From assembly GCF_022045235.1 (NCBI RefSeq), contig NW_027266308.1, positions 15,376,001-15,440,000 of the forward strand: a DNA stretch of 64,000 nt, given 5' to 3'. Under the pieces are notes generated by a model. That model was not told the DNA's origin and made no database searches. It worked only from the letters and a program-made list of their open reading frames with translations. This stretch comes from Haliotis cracherodii. Taxonomy: Eukaryota. Both the position numbers and the translations under genes were made by a program. This document shows, one piece after another, positions 1-12,890 of the stretch; the stretch's first letter is position 1; every line of letters begins with the position of its first letter.

Positions 1-472
1 GAATTGTAACCTTGTTTCGTTTTGTCGCTGTGTGTACATCTGACTGCACTCCGTAACGTTATGACAGGACACGACTATGGTCAACAACGTCTGACTGCGT
101 GCATGTGGCCGTGACGTCTCATAGACTAGGGTTAGAGTAGCTTCCCTTTGACAAAGGGCAGTTACTCTAGCGGACAGACCGATGGGTTGCCGCGAAAGGT
201 AAGTAAAACAATTCGTGTAGGTAATTGTTGGTTTCCGTACATGTTGTTTAGCCACTGTATAAGAAACTTGTTTCAGTTGAAACTATATTGGCTACTGTCA
301 CTGTCCGACTGACACATCAATTACCCTGTGACGTAATATATATATTGATGCGCACATTCCAGGAAAACTTGCAATGTTTCGGTAATGTTTGTGAGAGAAG
401 GAAAGTGATTTTCAAGCACAGAATTGAAGAATGACATTATATTATAAAGGGGTTATCACGTTCGTGTGTTTT

Positions 473-574
473 GGGATGGTAAATATCCTGTATTAGGAAT
501 AAACAATATGTATTTAGCTCGCCAAGGCTCGCTAAATACAATGTTTATTCCTAATACAGGATATTTACCATCCC
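473..574. repeat. Near-perfect inverted repeat (~45-bp arms, 12-nt loop)
   Basis: gggatggtaaatatcctgtattaggaataaaca..tgtatttagc / gctaaataca..tgtttattcctaatacaggatatttaccatccc. Confidence 0.9.
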
Positions 575-1094
575 CAAACCTCTATGGATTTGATAGAAAC
601 ATGACATTAACATACACGTTGTGCATTGTGCGTTGTGTTGAGCGGCATCGTGTCTGGGTTTTAATGTATAATAAATCTGACTTTTCTTTCTAGCCTTATT
701 CATATTACACAACAGTAGCATGAAGATCAATACTAATGCTGTGTACAAGTTTACTTTTATCTCACGTGTTTCCATTTACCATTCAGACCATATCTCATTT
801 CTTTTTCACGTTGTATCCTATAATATATTGAGGGACGAGCCATTAGAGTGCCACTGGATTCTATTTGCGAATATTATCATTTCCCCAGGAGATTCCTTCT
901 GTATGTTATTTCAACTGATGGCATTGTCATTTCTGCAAAACTACAAAAAAGTAATATTCTATATAGTCAGAAACTTGGAATTGTGATATGAATAATTTAG
1001 AGTTTATGTTAAATCAATTTTTCAAATAATGTTTTCCATTAACTTCTTTGATAGGCATTTAGAAGCTGGAGTACTATGTAAGGATATTTTTTTT

Positions 1095-1160
1095 GATGAA
1101 CAACTTCTTTATTGCAATTAAGAGTGACGTTTCGGTGTAGGTTCTAACACCGTTACCTCT
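1095..1160 (-). mobile_element. Penelope-like terminal remnant
   Basis: Minus strand CGGTGTtagaacctACACCGAAACGTC..AATAAAGAAG. Shares the loop tagaacct with the 40.2-kb remnant and AATAAAGAAG with the 11.7-kb remnant. Confidence 0.5.
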
Positions 1161-2194
1161 CCGGTCTAGGGCTTAAAAACTTATAAGTAGATTATATCCG
1201 ACGTGGAGATGCAACGTGTGTGTCACTATACGAAAGAACAACATCAAAAGGAATATTAAATAATATTCCTTAACTCATCCAAGATGTACTCTCTTCCCGA
1301 GGCCTTTTTAAGGGACATATTACCACAATAATATTTTAGTGCCTTAATTACAGAAATAGGTACACAGCCATCTCTCGGGCTACTCCGTCACCAAATAGTC
1401 GGAGATCACGCACCGCCGTAGGCAACCTGCTATCGCAGACACCCATCGATATAATGAATGGTTTAGTAATACCGTAATGGCGGTGAATACAGTCATTAAG
1501 AGAACATATGTTGCTGTATCTGACTGTATATGACGTCTCATGTGACGTACACAAGATCGAAAAGGTTATCAAGGGGATTGTTAGACAAAAACATGTTGCC
1601 TTTGTTATGTGTGGTGTATATAATCTTAATGTTAAGGTTTTGAAAGGATAATGACCCAGTCTGAAATATACACCCTTTGTTATATGTGACGTAAATAATC
1701 CTAATATGATTGTGATGAAAGGATAATGACTGAATAGACATCCTTTGTTTTTCTTGATTTCTATGATCCTGATGGGAAGGTGGTGAATGGATGCCTGCAA
1801 CACACATCCTTGTTGGGAATGATTCATATCTGAAGAAAGACCAAACAAGGATGCATTTTTTCACGAATACATGCTTTCTTAGACATTTGTGTAGTCCTGT
1901 ATATGATCTCTGATTTTCAGTGATATTTCATATAATTTTCACTGTTTCGGCAGATAATCGAGACTGGTTAATCTTTAGCGTTGACATTTGAGATTTATGT
2001 GTACTATGAATAGTCTTAATGTTCTTGTGGCGAAAGGATCATGAAAGGCCATACATACCATCTTAAAGACTAAGATATTCATGTTCCTTTACTTTGGCTC
2101 CTGTGTTTGATTGAGGGATCAAACTGTTCAGTAGCTCTGTAGGTAGCAAGGTTCCTTGGCTCCGGCCCAATCTGACTTTTCTATTAAAAATTCA

Positions 2195-2700
2195 TATCTG
2201 TTGAAATCAGGCAAATAGACTATCTCTTCAAATCAAACACATGCCGTATCTGTTGAAATGAAGCACATGCCTTGCCTCTTGACATAAAACACATGCTCTA
2301 TCGGAAATTAAGTACACCCCCTAACTGTTGAAATCAAACACATGTCCTATCTGTTTAAATCAAATACATGCTCTATCTGTTTAAATTAAATACATGCCCC
2401 ATCGGAAATCATGTACATGCCCTATTTGTTGAAATCAAACACATGCCACATGAGTTGAAAACAAGGACAAGCCATATCGGTTGAAATCAAGCGCATGCCC
2501 TTTTTGTTGAAATCCAGCAGATGCCCTATCGAAAATCAAACACATGCCATATCGTTTGACATCAAGTACATGCCATATCAGAAATCAAGTATATGTACAT
2601 GCCCCATCGGAAATCAAACGCATGCCATGTCGTTTTAAATCCAGCACATGACCTAATTGTTGAAATTGAGCACATGACCTGTAGGTTGTATCAAGCATGC
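2195..2700. repeat. Degenerate ~28-31 bp tandem repeat
   Basis: Recurring ctgttgaaatcaa(a/g)cacatgcc.tat. Confidence 0.75.
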
Positions 2701-2962
2701 TTACCTATGCGTTACTTACACCTTGACTTATACTGTTTGAGCGATGTATACATTAATGTGATTGACCTTTTCAAGGACAAACACGTATCCACATACAGTT
2801 GTTTAATAATCACGAGTTAACATTGACAGAAAGGTTGTCCTGTGTTGATCGAATGTGTTACTTGCAGAAGCACATTAACATACAAGTAACATGCGAACAC
2901 GGCATGCTAAACTTGTATTCACACAAAGAACATTCTTTTTACGCTTAGCCCCAGGTAGCCTC

Positions 2963-3746
2963 ATCAGGGGTCTGTGTTAAACGAGAAGCACCTTCAGGGG
3001 GCTGTGTTAAACGAGAAGCTCCATCAGGGGGCTGTATTAAACGAGAAGCTCCTTCAGGGGGCTGTGTTAAACGAGAAGCTCCATCAGGGGGCTGTGTTAA
3101 ACGAGAAGCTCCTTCAGGGGGCTGTGTTAAACGAGAAGCTCCACCAGGGGGCTGTGTTAAACGAGAAGCTCCATCAAGGGGCTGTGTTAAACGAGAAGCT
3201 CCTTCAGGGGGCTGTGTTAAACGAGAAGCTCCATCAGGGGGCTGTGTTAAACGAAAAGCACAATCAGGGGGCTGTGTTAAACGAGAAGCACCATCGGGGG
3301 GCTGTGTTAAACGAGAAGCACCATCAGGGGGCTGTGTCAAACGAGCAGCTCCATCAGGGGGCTGTGTTAAACGAGCAGCTCCATCAGGGGGCTGTTTCAA
3401 ACGAGAAGCTCCATCAGGGGGCTGTGTCAAACGAGAAGCACCATCAGGGGGCTGTGTTAAACGAGAAGCACCATCAGGGGGCTGTGTCAAACGAGAAGCT
3501 CCATCAGGGGGCTGTGTCAAACGAGAAGCACCATCAGGGGGCTGTGTCAAACGAGAAGCTCCATCAGGGGGCTGTGTTAAACGAAAAGCTCCATCAGGGG
3601 GCTGTGTCAAACGAGAAGCTCCATCAGGGGGCTGTGTTAAACGAGAAGCTCCATCAGGGGGCTGTGTTAAACGAAAAGCTCCATCAGGGGGCTGTGTCAA
3701 ACGAGAAGCTCCATCAGGGGGCTGTGTTAAACGAGAAGCTCCATCG
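2963..3746. repeat. 30-bp minisatellite, ~26 copies
   Basis: Unit gctgtgttaaacgagaagctccatcagggg. Confidence 0.97.
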
Positions 3747-5063
3747 GCAACAGGAAACCGTATTACTGCTACTATGTTTGTCGACATGTATCACCTAGAC
3801 TTTTATGTTTGTGTAAAGCAACATGTTTACTTAGGCGTGCATTATGTTTTGTACATAAACAGACTAGGGTGAATGTGATATAACCTGCCGCCTCTTCTAC
3901 TGTGATGCTATAGAGAGATGAACGTGTGCGTCAAACGTTAACCTGGCGACACTTTGCCGTGTGATATGGGTCGTCACCGTGGGGTTCTGGGAGGACGATA
4001 GATCATGAGGGCGTGAGACTGTGCTCTTGCTATCAGTGGTTTACCTGGTCCAGGATCGACTGTTTAAGGCGATATAGCTATATTATAATTAATACACGTG
4101 TAGCATGTTTTGCAATGATGCAATTGTTTCGATATTATTACGTGATTCTGAGTGAGTGGGTAAATTGGTTTTACGCTGCTTAAGTAGTATTTAAGTTAAA
4201 TCGCGGCATGCTAATTTGTTGTGGGAGCAGAGCTAGGGGTAGCACTTAGTGAAAGCCATGGTCATGGTGCTGCCTAACCAAGAAGCCTAATCAGTACTAA
4301 TACCAGAAAATAATCTCCGATCAGCGAAAGCTTTAACAACTAGGCTACCCAACCGCCCATTATTGTCGAATCCCCGGCCGCGTCACACCGAAAAACGTCA
4401 GAAGATGGTACTTGTTGTTACCCTGCCTGGCACGTTGCGATATAAGTGCAATAATCGTGACCTAAAACGTCATTTCACCTTAGGTCACTTTCGTTAATAA
4501 GGAATAATCAGTGACCAGTCCCTTACATATACGCTTTGGCATTTTATCATAATGACATGAGCCAGGGGCCCCGCCGAGGCTAGGGTTGTCCTCTTTGCCC
4601 TTTGCTTCTATTAAAGGTGACTGATGCTGGCGAAGAAGGAAGGCTGGCGTGCCCGGATGACGGCAAGCCAAGGGAGAACACCGCTGTGTCCATCTAATTG
4701 ATCATAGTGTCCCGGCGGCATTGACCATTGCTCGCGAAATCAGTCCAGAGCACATGTCCATGACACAAATTTCATATTACTGACCACCGAGTAAAGCCCT
4801 TACTGACCTGTTCGACCTTGCTTTATTAAAGTACAGACGCAGTTACTCTGTATGAAACGTTCACCAGACATAGGGTTTGGGCACACTGCTCATTGAAGAT
4901 AACGGCACTTTACAGAACGAGTTCTTGCGCAAGAAGTAGCTGAAGTTGACGTAAATCCTTCCTGAAGATGTTGGATGGCGTACAAATCTGAAGAGGACGT
5001 TGGACGTCTATCTCTAGGTGGCGTATCTGGAACTCCGTCCCTCACAGTTCTCTAGACATTACG

Positions 5064-5331
5064 GTGGACCCGTGAAGAGCCGGGATAGAATAGATCTTCA
5101 GTAACCCATGCTTGCCGTAAAAGGCGGCTATGCTTGTCGTAAGAGGCGACTAACGGGATCGGGTGGTCAGGCTCGCTGGCTTGGTTGATACATGTCATCG
5201 TATCCCATTTGCTTGGATCAATTCCCATGATGTCAATCACTAGATTGTCTGGTCCAGACTCGATTATTTACAGACCGCCGTCATATAGCTGAAATATTGC
5301 TGAGTGCGGCGTAAAACAACAAAACAAACAA
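5064..5331 (+). mobile_element. SINE-like / non-autonomous retroposon family B (no tRNA head, structured 5' end), 8-bp TSD
   Basis: gacccgtgaag...gtcgtaagaggcgactaacggg...gaaatattgctgagtgcggcgtaaaacaac(aaac)n. TSD acattacg at 5056 and 5332. Many other copies in the window. Confidence 0.85.
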
Positions 5332-8300
5332 ACATTACGTTAATCAAACAGACAAACTCGATGGCATAAACATGTAAATATTCAACTGCAAGTACTATGT
5401 GAACATTTCAGCAGTACTTGTCCAAGAAGACAGTCACGATGTAGCAGACTCCGATCTCTCAGTCTTAGAAGTAGTTTTTCTTACTGACGGCCCATCAGTC
5501 CACATACAGCACATACAGTGGCCACTATTTCCTAAATTTGGTTGCTTTTTTTCGTCAGTTTCAGTCGTGAGTGTAGATATGGATTTTGGTTGTCCCATTG
5601 ATGCCTAGTCTGTCATACAGACCCTGAAACAAGTATATCCAAAGCAACACATAGTCTATACTATTTGGCAAGTCTAGATTTCTGCAGTATCAGGAATGTA
5701 AGTCTCTGCGCTCCTTGTTATCATAGTTTATAACTATAATTTAACAACTAAAAGTGTTCTTTTCAGAGACTAGATGTTAGTCTACATAATGCCCTGTTTT
5801 GACGTTTTTATTCAGTACAGAACAGTACAACCTTCACCTCGCCTACGACTTCACTTAAAGTGTTTAAAGTCGTGTTAGTGATGCCATTTTTATTCAATTC
5901 AGCTTATGAACTCAATATTATTGAACTGAACTAGCGCTATATAGCTATCATATAAATTGTATAATGGTATGTCCTTTCAAGTCTTCAACAAAACAGTCCT
6001 AAGTGTGACTGGCCAGACATCTAAGTTGTATATCAAGCCTGAACACCAGGAACCGATAATTGCCTTCTTTGATTCTCAGCCGCGGGTTTGTTGTTGTCTT
6101 TGTTATGCACATAGTGTTTATATTAAAGGTTTTAGCTCAAGGCTGAACGAAGAACAACTGAATACAACGTCATAACATTTCTCTGTTTACAATGATAATA
6201 CAATATTAACTTGTGTTCTTCTGGGATCTAAATCGTTACCTTAAATTATTTACATTTATTGATTATAAGTAGTTTAATCATATCACAACGTGTAGAAAGA
6301 ACATATAACGCTAAAAATGTCGATTCGGTCGGGATCATTTTGATATGATGTTCCTGAAAGATACCGTCAGGCCAGGCTGACTTATTTATCATTGTTCCTA
6401 GTTTGCAATACAGGAACATTGTGAACCTTTTAGACTTGTCATCAAATGTTTATTAGTGTCCTGTTAAATGACTTGCCTTTGCATGCGTTTGTGATTTTAA
6501 TAGTGATTCGATAACACATGTTCATGATACAGTCGGAATCGTAAATCGGCTCTGACTATGGAAATGTTTTTACATTAAAGGTATAAGCAAATGCATTTTG
6601 TGATAATAAACAAATTAAGTTGATGTGGCAATGTAGATGTCGCTCCCAGTGAAATATGTAACGACCGTGCATGCAGGTGGAACAAAATGGTTTTAAATGC
6701 CTTGAATCCGACGTCCTTGGACTGCCCATTTTATTTGACCCCTCGTCCCTCTTTAAGAATGTGAATCCAATCGTCCCTCTTTAAGAATGTGAATCTAATT
6801 GCCAATATAATGCCGCGAGAAAATCAGACGACCTCGAGAAAGCCAGTTTGCTGCATAAAGATATAATTGATTTGGCCGTCAATCGCCAATAACCGGCAAC
6901 GGTCTCCATTCCAGCTGATCACAAGAACAAACCGTTCACTATCGGGTGCATTGATCTCCTCGTATAATCACAGTACTTTCAACTCAGTCAATAGGTTAAT
7001 TCACAGTTTACGAAGCTGATCAATAGCTCTCCAGCCTTTCGGGGCTTGTTACCCCTATGGAGAATCCTTGTTCGTCACAGCGTTCCAAACGCTCTGATGT
7101 ATCCCTTCGATTGTCTTTCGACTCCCCGAGGATTTCAAAAGTCTTCGATAAGAATCTGAACTCCTTTAGCACAGGTCGATCACGCTCTTGCGATCAGCGT
7201 CGATGACGTCATCGCATGTCTGTCGTCTTTGCGATATGGAAGGAGACTATGTCGAGCCGGAGATGAAGTTTCAATCTATTCAGTTCTTCCACTTCTTCTG
7301 TCTTCGTCAATAGGATGTGATAAAGCAGGTTCATTTGGGATCCCACTTCAAGAGAACATATTTGCGTGGATGTTTAGGAGCCATGTCCAACAATACAGTC
7401 TGGTTTTGCCCCTTATAAATTGGAATGTCTCTGAGAGAGAAATGAAAGAGACGAATTTCTTTGATCTGGCTGTGAGAATATTGTTTCAGTGGTGTGCAAA
7501 GTACACTACGCTTAGAACGTTAAACGTAATAACTACTAGCCATATCGTTTTCAAAGACAATTTACTCACTGGCAAAAGTAACAGAAATCGTCTTGTATTC
7601 TATCATTTGGGAATATTTCAGACGCATGTAAATCCAAAGTTTTCCTTTGAACTCCATGTATATTGCAGTTTAACTGGGCTGTAGAAGGGTGATCACATAC
7701 ATGGACGCTTTCTACAGATTTGTAACTTAAAAGTATGAATCAATTTCAAATTCAATTTCAACGTTTGTGTTGTCTTCACTCAAGTTATGGTTATAAAGTC
7801 TAGTTATATTTACCTAAATAGAGATGTACAGGTAAACCACTTTGAAAGGAAAGACATATTTGACTACTGACCGTCTTGATGGCCCCGATACTCATAACTG
7901 CATCAATGTACCCTGGTCTCTCTTGGCAAATGTTCCTTGTGTACAGTTAGCCATAGAGTCAGCGTAATTATAATTAATTTTTAGTTATAAGTAAACTGAT
8001 ACCATTGAAGACTTAGTTATATTTTATATTTTGGCTTTGAATAAGTAACACGCAAGTTGTGCTTGTACGTGTCTCCAAGTAAGGGTTAGCGTTCAGTAAG
8101 TATGATATAGGAATTATTCCTCACATACCACGAGCTCCACTGTACAATATAGAAGTGCCCCTTGTGTCTTATTGTTTTACACCACATAAACCTTATTATA
8201 TGTATGCTGGGATTGTTGTCTATTTCCAGGAGACAGACCAACATCTCTGATATGTTTCAAGGGGAACTCAGTGTGAGGCAACGTTCAAGCCTTGGCTGTG

Positions 8301-8332
8301 TTAATGCATCCGATCTCACACAAGGCATTAAT

Positions 8333-9085
8333 GTCACGGGGCACTAACTTCATGTATGACACTCATGTCACAGGGGCACAACTTTCATGTATGACACTCA
8401 TGTCAAAGGGGCACAACTTTCATGTATGACACTCATGTCACATGGGCACCAATTTCATGAATGACACTCATGTCACATGGGCACTAATTTCATGTATGAC
8501 ACTCATGTCACATGGGCACTAATTTCATGAATGACACTCATGTCACATGGGCACTAATTTCATGAATGACGCTCATGTCACAGGGGCACAACTTTCATGT
8601 ATGACACTCATGTCACAGGGGCACAACTTTCATGTATGACACTCATGTCACATGGGCACTAATTTCATGAATGACGCTCATGTCACAGGGGCACTAATTT
8701 CATGTATGACACTCATGTCACAGGGGCACAACTTTCATGTATGACACTCATGTCACATGGGCACTAATTTCATGAATGACACTCATGTCACAGGGGCACT
8801 AATTTCATGTATGACACTCATGTCACATGGGCACCAATTTCATGTATGACACTCATGTCACATGGGCACCAATTTCATGTATGACACTCATGTCACAGGG
8901 GCACTAATTTCATGTATGACACTCATGTCACAGGGGCACTAATTTCATGTATGACACTCATGTCACAGGGGCACTAATTTCATGTATGACACTCATGTCA
9001 CAGGGGCACTAATTTCATGTATGACACTCATGTCACATGGGCACCACTTTCATGTATGACACTCATGTCACAGGGGTACTAATTT
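8333..9085. repeat. 35-bp minisatellite, ~21 copies
   Basis: Unit catgtatgacactcatgtcacaggggcactaattt, with internal TGACA-ctca-TGTCA dyad. Confidence 0.96.
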
Positions 9086-11689
9086 TACATTTGACACAAC
9101 TGTCATACAATGCAATTATTGCAAACGTAAAGCTATTTTTAGAAAGCACACCAAGGTCATACGTGACACCAGTATCACAAGGTGAAGCCTATTTCAAGCA
9201 GGACACTGCATAACCCTTGCGTTGTACTGGAAACTGTTCGTGTAGTCCACATCTAGCGTAAGAAACCCTGTCGGATAATGAATATCACGATGGAGTTCAT
9301 GAAAATACTTGTCAATTAGTTGTATATGAATATAATCAGGATACATATCCGGGGTGTTCTGCCAAATGGCTACCGGCTTATTCAATCGTATCCATGATCT
9401 ATTGACAACGCAAGGCGTTGTACCATAGGTCGTTCAATGTTTTAGGAAATAGACATATGAGGATGAAAGGGGGAGTGATGGGGCAGCCGTTACCTAACGC
9501 TGATAACAGTTTATGCCCATGGCTGTGGATGGTGGTCATTGTATTTGTTGATAGCAGTCATGGTAACACACCTTGAGGCTTGGTGCCAGGATGTTTTATT
9601 TATTTACCAGATTCAAATTAATCAAGTCACAAACTTACAATTTCCTATGTCACGAGATGACATGAATCATTAATCAGGCCTCCACGCCCCTCTCCCCATA
9701 CTGTAAGCATGAGGCTGTGTTGAGCATTGAGCCCACGGCTTTACCTCCAGTCAACAAGAGAGTCATTGTGTATGGAATCCATTAAGGGACATTTTCGCGT
9801 TTTGCTATCTCGAAAATCGAAAAACTACGAAAGCGCGATAACGCACACTTTCGCTAAATGTCGCGTTCTTCCGTTGTTGACTTTACCAATATTTACCAAC
9901 ATTTGTGACTGTTTACCAATGGTCGAGATCACCAAAACGCAAAAAAGCAACTCGACTATCTCCACAAAATCTTGTCCACAGTGTCTCTAAAGGCGCGGTA
10001 TTGATGTATATCAGCTTAAACTAGATACTCGTTTAAAAGGACCATTGTATTTATGAAACTCATCAGCAAGAAGGGGTTTTACTGACTGCTGTCTTGTGAT
10101 GTTTACTACTGAAGGTTCATTATAAGAGTGTTTTTGTGATATAGAGTAAATCGTATATGTACACATTTCAAGCAGAGATTTCTTATGATTATGGAAACGT
10201 TTTATAGCTGTTATGAATAATTAAACATATAATTTTATTTTAGGAAAAACAAAAGAACGAGTAAAATTGTGATAGTAGGTCCTTTTATGAAAATGTCTCT
10301 TCCATATTCTCTCAAGTGACCTAAACATGAACTTGAATACGCCTGATACCGTTTTTGTTAACTTTAACTACATTCACGCCCATCCGAATGGCTATGGAAG
10401 TGTTGAGAGGTTACGAACGGGTTTAATTAATACCAGAAGCGATTTGAAGTTATATAATGTTTATTAATTCAAACCTGATTTGACAGCCATGGCGGTTGTG
10501 ACGTCTATGATAACACCCACAACGCCCAGGTCAACACTGTATCAACTCAATACTTTCAAGGCGAGACGCATGGTACCGTTACTGTTATTTAATTATATTG
10601 TATCCGCATATCCATATTCGCCTGCACATATGTTTAATGCGCAGAACAATATCGCCAGTGAGTCATAACATCCATGTCCCATCTGTGTCCATTCGATACT
10701 ACAGGCTGGCCATTTCTGAATATGTTGCAGACACGATGACATCTGGAGATAGCACACAGACGTGAATAACACACCTGTTCATTATGACAGGAAATCACCA
10801 TGGTGATAATAATAAAAATAATAATAATCACTGAGGGCCCTATGCAATCAATTCCTATAAACATCTATTTTCACATCTTTATCTTTGAACAAATAGTATT
10901 CTCGTAACATGAATAGTTTATTAAAGAAAACGTTGTCAGGTTATATTACTACGTCACCAAATCATATCTAACCAGCTGGTAGCTGATTTCATTTCACATC
11001 GTGTATACCTGTGTTATACCTATATCACATAACATCTTGTCGATACTTTTGTTGCTCTGTTACCATATGGCTGAGACACATGTACAAGTTTCTATTAGTC
11101 TCAATATCCGCATTGCCTCCGTGATTAGTCACACGTGTTAGTAACAGAAGCACCACATACTTTTGATGACTAACAACGGTAACGGATATTCAATTAAATA
11201 AAAGCAACAAAATCCTTTCTGTATTCATACAAAAAACGCCGAGTGCACGATATCAAAAACATGCGTTTATGAATCACTATCAAATTGTGATGATGTCAGG
11301 TGTTCGCAAAAATGTGAGCGTATGAAGGCTATACACTATTGCAATATACTATTATCCGCTCCAATGTTAATATCCGTTATTCGACATTATGTCCTGCTGA
11401 CAACAACTTTCTAGCTGTTCAAACGTTGAACTCTTGGGACCTTGCCGACTCAGGTGTCGCATCCATCGTGTCCAGCCAGGCTTCTTGCACCTCAGGAAGA
11501 GGGGATCTTCCTTGCAACTTTAGTACAAAACGGGTTGCTATGTGCATTTCACTTTGTAATAAGACTCTCAACCCGTTTTGTAAAAATTATTACACCTGGG
11601 GATCTTCCTTGCAACTTTATTACAAAACGGGTTGCAACACAGCTAAGCCAAGGTCTTGAGTCTCCAAAAGGTATTTAGAAGTGATTACA

Positions 11690-12240
11690 CATAAGGAAGA
11701 GAATATATGGATGTCTACTTCTTTATTATGAGGAACACGTTTCGGAGTATATGCTTACTCCTTCATCAGGTGAATGAATGCCATGAGGCAGAAAGCATCT
11801 GTATGTACATGTAAGGACAACAAAATTAATAAGATAGCAAAGGGTGTAAAATAACAAAGGATAGAAACTACCAAGGAAAGCCAACAACACTGGGCAAACG
11901 GGAGACCGGGGTAATTAGCAGCTGATAGGTGAAAGAATGGACATAGCAGAGGGCAAATTGAAGACAGCTAGGTGATTAGCCCCGACAAAGATCAAAGCAA
12001 TAAGTCCCAAGTACTAGGAAGACAGGTTCCCTGGTCACGGTTCATGGCTGGCTGGTGTCTCCTGATGTCAATGGCTTCTTGTAGTTTTCTTTGTCGCCAG
12101 TTGTTATTGTTGGTAGGAGGCTTCCAACATGATGTTATGGTTTTAGTTCTTCAGGATGTGTTTGGAAATAGCGGATTTCAGGTGGAGTTTGTTAACAGAG
12201 GTCCGATGTTCTTTGAGTCTGGTGTTGAGAGGTATCACTA
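11690..12240 (-). mobile_element. Penelope-like element 3' fragment (C-terminal half of GIY-YIG endonuclease plus 3' terminus)
   Basis: Minus translation LNTRLKEHRTSV..KSAISKHI..NWRQRKLQEAIDIRRHQPAMNRDQGTCLPSTWDLLL* (~12235-11992). It is followed by CTGATGA..stem..GAAACG..AATAAA, typical of PLE ends. Confidence 0.82.
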
Positions 12241-12649
12241 ACGAGTTGGAGTAGCACACTCTGCCCACAGTTGGGAGCAGCTCATAAATTAGTAATGAAG
12301 ACCAGGCAGTTTTACTGGTCACACTTGACTGTCGGACAAATGGGATGTTTGATAATTGGGCGTGAACCCTCTCCAGCGTTGAATGAAGGACGATAGCTCT
12401 GATTTTTGTCTGATATCAACATGAAAATGTCTTTAATACAGACATGTCCTTTCAACAAGATGTTGCTGTTTTAAAAAAAGAGAGAACTAATTACCATCTG
12501 TAGCCTCTCTTTACTTAAGTATTACGTTTTTAGCATGACTTGCGTGTCATCGGACGACGTTGGCGTGGATCGGTGCTCACAATATCCCTCACTGGATCGT
12601 CTGATTTTAATTTCATGCGTAATAAATATATAAAGTAAAAATAAAAGGG

Positions 12650-12890
12650 TTCAATGAAGCCTGGGATAAGAAATAAATTTGCAGCCACATAATCCCTACC
12701 ATGTTTGAAAAAGCAATTTTATTGAATATTAAAGATAAGATGTCAAAGATACACCTCATCAGTTGTGTTTAATACGATATTTGTTAACTTTTGATAGTTT
12801 TAAATAAACTTATTTTTTTAAATAAAACTATGCAGAAGTATTCTTTAATGCGCCACTACAGTTAATTGTTTGGATATAATATCGATGACT
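12650..12890 (+). repeat. Dispersed repeat (probable DNA-transposon fragment), second copy at ~63620-63850
   Basis: Shared blocks ctggg..aagaaat.aatttg, cctaccatgtttgaaa, aactatg.aga.gt.ttctt and tttggatataatatcg in the same order. Confidence 0.6.

Noticed and set aside
125-205. ATG GGT TGC CGC GAA AG|gtaagt as a possible first exon
   Set aside because: Phase 2 does not fit the stum-A acceptor. It sits beside an agagt.(a/g)..tccctt motif that recurs elsewhere (36154, 41277, 49168) and is probably repeat-derived.
2945-3798. 280-aa and 274-aa ORFs on opposite strands (RLTQPPDGAS / AVLNEKLHQG repeats)
   Set aside because: A nearly homogeneous 30-bp minisatellite is open on both strands simply because the unit is a multiple of 3. 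No signal peptide or convincing splice sites.
8333-9085. 35-bp repeat with internal dyad resembling a CRISPR repeat
   Set aside because: Units are head-to-tail with no unique spacers, there are no cas genes, and the context is eukaryotic.
9194-9430. Protein-like minus ORF (..IDKYFHELHRDIHYPTGF..)
   Set aside because: No acceptor or in-frame ATG, and no recognisable family.
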